The translations under genes and the position numbers were made by a program. 64,000 nucleotides of DNA from an uncultured virus (IMG/VR IMGVR_UViG_3300026963_000002) (lineage: Duplodnaviria > Heunggongvirae > Uroviricota > Caudoviricetes > Thumleimavirales > Hafunaviridae): IMG/VR virus record IMGVR_UViG_3300026963_000002. One strand, written 5' to 3'. The notes beneath the pieces are model-generated. The model saw only the letters and a list, made by a program, of their open reading frames with translations, searched no databases and was not told the origin of the DNA. Each line of letters opens with the position of its first letter. Position 1 is the first letter of the stretch. Shown here piece after piece: positions 58,755 to 64,000 of this stretch.

Positions 58755-59122
58755 GCAAGAAGTGGGTAGTCCACGGCGCGAGCTGTGAGGCGGACGGCCA
58801 CCCCGGAGAGTGCCAAGCGACTGTCTCCGGTTCGACGCAGGACAACGACGGCGATACGTCCGTGACTATCAACGGAGTTCCTGTCACCGACCACGGCGAC
58901 TCGATGCGGTTCGACTCTCACGCTCACAACTACGTGGAAACAGACGACGGTGGCTACTGCGACGACTACTACGGCCACGATCTCGTTCCCGACCAGAACC
59001 CCGATGTAACGATTAACGGACGCCCGATTGTACGAGTCGGGGATAGTACGAGCGACCCCGGAGCGGGTACTGCCGTAGTGCTGGATAGTGGCGGCAACGG
59101 GACGGTCACGCACACGGAATAA
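58751..59122 (+). CDS. PAAR-like spike tip
   Basis: VTINGVPV..HGD, H.H, VTINGRPIVRVGD. Confidence 0.8.
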   Translation: MSKKWVVHGASCEADGHPGECQATVSGSTQDNDGDTSVTINGVPVTDHGDSMRFDSHAHNYVETDDGGYCDDYYGHDLVPDQNPDVTINGRPIVRVGDSTSDPGAGTAVVLDSGGNGTVTHTE

Positions 59123-59188
59123 GCCGCTCAGCCGCTCACATCGTATATAAACCCTTTACCATTAATAGTATTAGAGGACTCCCTTCGT

Positions 59189-59515
59189 ATGCTTGATTTA
59201 GCCCTTGATAGTGACTTCTCCGTTTTTCTTGACGGAAGTAACGACCTTGCGACGGTGAGCGGGAGGGAACAGTTCGAGCAGTCGGTCGTGATTATGCTCA
59301 CCGAGCTGATGCGGGACTCCGCTATCGGGGAGTTCGACCAAGCGACCATCGAGCAGAAGCTCAAGCTCGAAGCATCGAGGGTAGCACGCAAGCACGACCG
59401 AATCTCCGAGATTTCAGGAATCAGCGTGGCCCCGCACAAGGACAATCCGCACGCCTACGTTATCGGTATCGACTACAAATCGGACGAATTTTTCGAGGAA
59501 ACAATTATTGAATGA
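59189..59515 (+). CDS. Baseplate wedge (gp25/Mu gp46-like)
   Basis: DLATVSG.E...Q; before baseplate J. Confidence 0.7.
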   Translation: MLDLALDSDFSVFLDGSNDLATVSGREQFEQSVVIMLTELMRDSAIGEFDQATIEQKLKLEASRVARKHDRISEISGISVAPHKDNPHAYVIGIDYKSDEFFEETIIE

Positions 59516-60747
59516 CGATTAACGAAGACGGCTCGTTTGGCGGCGATACTGAGGTGGAAATACTCGATGCGATGGTTGCCGACGCGAAGCAGTATTGGTC
59601 AGAGGACATTAAGGAGTCTGACCTTGCTGTAATTCGCAATTTCTACCGGCCTATCGCTCGGCGTCTCGCTCAAGCTCAGGACGATATTGGACTCGTTCTT
59701 GAATCAACGCAGATAGACAACGCGGATGGCGCGGCTCTCGATCTTCTCACGGCGCTCATCGGCGTCACCCGAGAACCCGCAGTTCGCGCTGAGGGTTATG
59801 TGACGTTCTCTCGCGGCGACACCGCCGAGATGGACTACAACATCCCTGCGGGGACGGAGGTTCAAACACGAACCGAACCCCCAATCGAGTTTGTGACGAC
59901 CGAGGGCGCGGTTATCGCGGAGGGTGAACTTTCTACCACCGCTCCGGTGATTGCGGTGGAACCCGGCGCTCAGAGTAACTTGGGGTCGAATACGATTACG
60001 GCCCTGCCTGTTCCTCTCTCCGGCGTCGAGCAGGTTACGAACGAGGAGAGTACGGCTGGCGGTGAGAACCGCGAGACTGACGAACTTCTCCGCGACCGAG
60101 CGAAAGGAGAGCTGGCTGAGGGTTCGAGCGCGACTGGCCCGGCGCTGGTGACTGCTGTTCAGCAGGTCGAAGGCGTGACCTCGGTGAGCATCCTCATCAA
60201 CGACACCCCGGACGAGAATGGTCGCGGCTACAACCTCCCAGCCAACTCCGGTGAGCTGGTCGTGACCGGCGGCGACGACTCCGCGATTGCTCAGGCGATT
60301 TTGGACACGAAGGGGATGGATTCGACCCTGATTGCGGGGGTGAACGGAGTCGGTGTTCCGGGCGTGGAGGCTGAACTTCCGAACGGTCAGACGCACCCGG
60401 TTGACTTCTCGCGGGCGAACCCTGTGACCATCTACATCGAGGCAGATGTAGCGGTCAATTCGACTTACGAGAGCGACGAGGACGTTCTTGACAGCATCGT
60501 GAAGTACGTCGGTGGACAGACCACGGACGGCTTCGAGCGCGACGGCGAGCTTGGTGTGACCGACGACGTTCTCTACGGCGAGATCGAGTACCGGATTCGG
60601 GATATTCCCGGCGTGTACGACGTGACGAGGCTCAAGATTGGTCGCACAGACCCCCCGGAGTCCACGGACAACATCTCTATCGGGAACATGGAGGAGGCGA
60701 ACACGGACGCTCGCACGGACATTACGCTCACGACGACCGAGGTGTAG
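59512..60747 (+). CDS. Baseplate J protein
   Basis: A.G..LD...G..R.PA..A.G.VTF, IPAGT, GG.N.ETD..LR.R. Confidence 0.9.
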   Translation: MTINEDGSFGGDTEVEILDAMVADAKQYWSEDIKESDLAVIRNFYRPIARRLAQAQDDIGLVLESTQIDNADGAALDLLTALIGVTREPAVRAEGYVTFSRGDTAEMDYNIPAGTEVQTRTEPPIEFVTTEGAVIAEGELSTTAPVIAVEPGAQSNLGSNTITALPVPLSGVEQVTNEESTAGGENRETDELLRDRAKGELAEGSSATGPALVTAVQQVEGVTSVSILINDTPDENGRGYNLPANSGELVVTGGDDSAIAQAILDTKGMDSTLIAGVNGVGVPGVEAELPNGQTHPVDFSRANPVTIYIEADVAVNSTYESDEDVLDSIVKYVGGQTTDGFERDGELGVTDDVLYGEIEYRIRDIPGVYDVTRLKIGRTDPPESTDNISIGNMEEANTDARTDITLTTTEV

Positions 60748-60751
60748 TTGA

Positions 60752-61405
60752 ATGGCGACGATTCACGATGAGGTTGAGCAACTGGTTAACTCGCTTCCGT
60801 CGTACTACGCTGACGACGACGAGAGCGGAAATTGGAAACTGCTCGATGCGGTTGGCCGCCAAGTAGTTGACCTCGACGGCGACATTCAGACGCTCGATGA
60901 TGAGACGACCGTTCAGGAAGCGATGGACGTGGACTCCCTCGAAGAACTCGCAGGGATGGTTCAAGTCCAGCGGTACTCCGGTGAGAGCCGCGATCACTAC
61001 CGAGCGCGGATTCTTGCTGAGTATCAGCTCAACACGAGCGAGGGTACTATCGAGGACGCTTTCGGCTCGATAGCCACTATTCTTGGGTGCGAGATCGAGG
61101 ACTTGTGGTTTCAGGACTGGCGGTTCCTCTTTGGAGAGGTTCACAACCGCACGGTCTGTTTCCTTCTTCCCTACGACGACGTTCAGAACATCAACCTCTC
61201 GGGGCCGGAAATTTCGGAGGTCGTTCAGAAGCTCGCTCCGGTCGGGACTACGGTAAAGTCGCAGTATAACGGCTCGCTCCTCTACAAGACGAAGGACGAG
61301 TACGAAAGGACGAACTGGAGCGGTTACAGCGGCGGCTACGACGCTCTTGACTCCGAGGGCGACCCGACCGGAGAGGGCGGGACAAAAGGAGGACTGATTC
61401 GATAA
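60752..61405 (+). CDS. Baseplate wedge (gpI-like)
   Basis: LP.YY, R..GES.D.YRARI, GT. Confidence 0.75.
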   Translation: MATIHDEVEQLVNSLPSYYADDDESGNWKLLDAVGRQVVDLDGDIQTLDDETTVQEAMDVDSLEELAGMVQVQRYSGESRDHYRARILAEYQLNTSEGTIEDAFGSIATILGCEIEDLWFQDWRFLFGEVHNRTVCFLLPYDDVQNINLSGPEISEVVQKLAPVGTTVKSQYNGSLLYKTKDEYERTNWSGYSGGYDALDSEGDPTGEGGTKGGLIR

Positions 61406-63103
61406 ATGGCATACACTTCTAAACTCAAGGAATGGGGAGCCGTCGCTGAGGAGCGGGCCGAGTTCCCTGATGGGTACAGGTACACGAAGGACAACCCGCC
61501 CGTCACTCACTACGACAACTTCCTCGTTCACAATCTCATCGAGGACGTTCAGCATCTTGTTGACCTCACGAACGAGATCGACCCGGACAACGACGGGCAG
61601 GTGGCTGACGCTGAGACGCTTCAGGGGAAGTCTCCCTCTCAGCTTGGTGGCTTCAAGTTCATTCAGTCGGACAATCCCGACGAGCTGACGCAGGGGACGA
61701 CGTGGTTCAAGGATTCAGCTCACCTTCTGTTCGTCTCTGATGGCGAGCAGTACGATGTGTTCCCCGAGATGGGGTACGATGAGACTCCCGACTTCAGCGG
61801 TTCCGAAGGGTTCTCGCTGACGCACGAAACCCCGGCACGAACTCGACTCGATGCGGGGAGCCTCAAACTCATCAACGAGCAGGTCGTCGCTGACTTCGAG
61901 AACGGTATCTCCCCCGACCATCACGCTTGGTGGTGGAGCGACACCTCCGGTATTTCTCACACCGGGAGTCGCGCCGAGATCACGTCGGTCGGGGAAGCCT
62001 ACACGCCTCAGCTTCAGCGGGACGTTCCCGTGGCTCAGGATATTGAGTTCTCCTTCGAGGTGGGTGAGGACACGGCGAACATAAACGACGAGTCGATCAT
62101 CCGACTGGACGACGAGAACGGGAACCGTGAGTTGGAGATTCAGTTCAACGACGGCGCGGGGAACGTCTCTCTGAGTGACGGCACGGAACTGCTCCCCGAG
62201 TGGACTGCCGGGCAGACCTACGTGTTCGAGGTAGACCCGGACTTCAACGCCGGGACGGTCGATGTGACAATCGACGGCTCGACGATCATCAGCGGTCGCA
62301 CTATGGGTGCCACCGCTATCTCGAACATCTGGTTCGGCTCGAAGACGACGGACTCCGGGGCTACTCGGAGCGTGTACGTAGACGATGTTCACACCGGAGC
62401 GCGGGAGTACGGTGAAGTCGTCGTGTCTTGCCCCGAACCGGATTCACGCATCGAGGGGTGGGACTTGCTCCGGTTCGACCGGACGGTGGCCGGAGAGAGC
62501 GTTGTAGTTGATGTGGAGGACGAGAACGGAAACACGCTCGTTGCTGACATTGATTCCAACGAAGACCTCTCGGCGGCTGTTGACGCGGCGACGAACCCGC
62601 AGATTCGGGTGAAGTTCACGCGAGCGAATACGGCGAACAATCCGTCGTTTGATTCGCTGTACCGACGGTGGGTTCTCCGCCCCGGTGACAACGGCGTGAA
62701 CATCCGAGCCTTCGGCTCTGACGGCGCTGACAACGTTCACGAAATCAACTTCACGGCCCCGGTCACGAGGGACGAGGATGGCCGCGTAACGGTTGACCTC
62801 GACCCGAGGTACGTGAACGTTACCGGCGACTCGATGAGCGGCGACCTCGACGTGAACGCTCGCGTTGAGGTTGGTGACGATCTCGTTCTTGACGACGATG
62901 ATGGACAGCAGTATATCGTCGTTGGGAAGGATTCAGACACCCTCACGATTGCCGAGCAGGGCGGTTCTGCGTTCGAGCAGATGGATGTGAACGCCCGGTC
63001 GTTCACGAAACAAGGCCACGAAGTGTGGCACGACGGGAATCGAGACGGACGGCAGAATCAGCGGATGCATATGCACACTCGGCTCGCTCGTCGGGTAAAC
63101 TAA
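61406..63103 (+). CDS. Tail fibre protein
   Basis: DAETLQGK, YVNVTGD.MSGDL, VWH.GN fibre motifs. Confidence 0.8.
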   Translation: MAYTSKLKEWGAVAEERAEFPDGYRYTKDNPPVTHYDNFLVHNLIEDVQHLVDLTNEIDPDNDGQVADAETLQGKSPSQLGGFKFIQSDNPDELTQGTTWFKDSAHLLFVSDGEQYDVFPEMGYDETPDFSGSEGFSLTHETPARTRLDAGSLKLINEQVVADFENGISPDHHAWWWSDTSGISHTGSRAEITSVGEAYTPQLQRDVPVAQDIEFSFEVGEDTANINDESIIRLDDENGNRELEIQFNDGAGNVSLSDGTELLPEWTAGQTYVFEVDPDFNAGTVDVTIDGSTIISGRTMGATAISNIWFGSKTTDSGATRSVYVDDVHTGAREYGEVVVSCPEPDSRIEGWDLLRFDRTVAGESVVVDVEDENGNTLVADIDSNEDLSAAVDAATNPQIRVKFTRANTANNPSFDSLYRRWVLRPGDNGVNIRAFGSDGADNVHEINFTAPVTRDEDGRVTVDLDPRYVNVTGDSMSGDLDVNARVEVGDDLVLDDDDGQQYIVVGKDSDTLTIAEQGGSAFEQMDVNARSFTKQGHEVWHDGNRDGRQNQRMHMHTRLARRVN

Positions 63104-63122
63104 CTCTTAGAAGCTACTATAT

Positions 63123-64000
63123 ATGGTCAATTACGGAGCAGGACTCTCTGGTAACAAGACAGTCTCAAGTAATGAAACGGCGAATACCGTTATTCTTCAG
63201 TACGAAAATCTAACCATCGAGTCGGGGGTGACGTTTACTGTTCCCTCGCCCGCATCTATTCTGGTTCAGGATACTCTGCGGGTTGATGGAACCCTCCGCG
63301 TAGATTATAGCGCGGCGGGTGGTTCTGGTGGTGGAAATATGGGGCCTCCCGGCGGTGACGCTGGCGGTTCTCTTTCAATCGCCGCTAAAACTGTTGATGG
63401 TACTGGTACTATCTCAGCAGTCGGTAAGAGTGGGGGAACGAATAACAACAATAACAGCTACGACAATTCCAACTCAAATTCAAATTCGGGTAGCGGCTAT
63501 GCTATTCCGTATGCTGGAATTAGTGGCTCTGATGCATCGGGTGGCCCCTCTGGTCGCAGACCGAATAACACCAACTCCAATGTCATGTCCAACTCGGTTT
63601 CCGGCCCGAACGGAATCCAAGAGGACATTCGACTCAAGGAGTTCGTTGAAGACTACCTGATCTCCGGCTCCTACATCACCGAGTCCGTTCTGGACATTAT
63701 CCTGAGCGGTAGTGGTGGTGGAGGCGGTCGTGGCGAATACGACAACTCATCCGGTGAATATGCCTCCGGTGGCGGTGGCGGTGCTGGCGGTAGTCTGATT
63801 ACGTCCGGCGGAAACGGCGGTCGCGGTGGCGCACAGGACGGTGGTATGTGTGGAGCTGGCGGTGGTGGCGGTGGAGCTGGTGGCTTCGTCGCCCTCATCA
63901 CCGAGAACTACGTCGGAGATATTACTGTCAAAGCAGACGGCGGAGATGGCGGCGATGGTGGCGACGGAATGAGCTACTTCAACGGGAACGACAACTCCAA
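63123..64000 (+). CDS. Glycine-rich tail adhesin (truncated by window end)
   Basis: Hand translation MVNYGAGLSG...YENLTIESGVT...; multiple GGGG runs; open to end of window. Confidence 0.75.
   Translation, partial: MVNYGAGLSGNKTVSSNETANTVILQYENLTIESGVTFTVPSPASILVQDTLRVDGTLRVDYSAAGGSGGGNMGPPGGDAGGSLSIAAKTVDGTGTISAVGKSGGTNNNNNSYDNSNSNSNSGSGYAIPYAGISGSDASGGPSGRRPNNTNSNVMSNSVSGPNGIQEDIRLKEFVEDYLISGSYITESVLDIILSGSGGGGGRGEYDNSSGEYASGGGGGAGGSLITSGGNGGRGGAQDGGMCGAGGGGGGAGGFVALITENYVGDITVKADGGDGGDGGDGMSYFNGNDNS

Larger units (their letters stand above)
52..64000. mobile_element. Integrated haloarchaeal myovirus provirus (HF1/HF2-like organisation), right end outside the window
   Basis: tRNA plus integrase at left; acidic proteome; replication, early and complete head/contractile-tail modules in order. 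Confidence 0.92.

Noticed and set aside
63319..63901. ORFs 63319-63660 and 63671-63901
   Set aside because: Alternative frames of the adhesin gene, which is open from 63123 to the window end
1..64000. Apparent scarcity of CTAG
   Set aside because: Could not verify by eye, and it is a known trait of haloarchaea and their viruses

Overview
Almost the whole window is an integrated haloarchaeal tailed-virus provirus with a contractile tail and an HF1/HF2-like (Hafunaviridae-like) gene order. It is inserted at a tRNA-Thr(GGT) gene at the left edge (52-123). From left to right it contains: a tyrosine integrase, a GmrSD-like cargo gene, and a leftward replication/nucleotide module (dcd, thyX, HNH, PolB, Cas4-like nuclease, adenine MTase, phosphoesterase, primase, NTPase, tRNA-Asn, DinG helicase). 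These are followed by about 13 kb of small leftward early genes, a ~2.3 kb non-coding junction, and the rightward virion module (terminase, portal, protease, capsid, neck, sheath, tube, frameshifted chaperone, tape measure, baseplate, fibre), which is truncated in the adhesin gene. The most unusual signals are four. (1) A ~1.3 kb ORF-free, densely base-paired minus-strand RNA with GNRA/UNCG-capped hairpins lies ahead of the early genes. (2) Four mini-tRNA (acceptor plus T-arm) elements punctuate the viral transcripts. (3) AT-rich synonymous recoding occurs precisely at the PolB intein-homing motifs. (4) An HK97-gp10-like neck gene is split by a cassette carrying an HEXXH domain. All protein calls come from motif recognition by eye and synteny; no searches were run.
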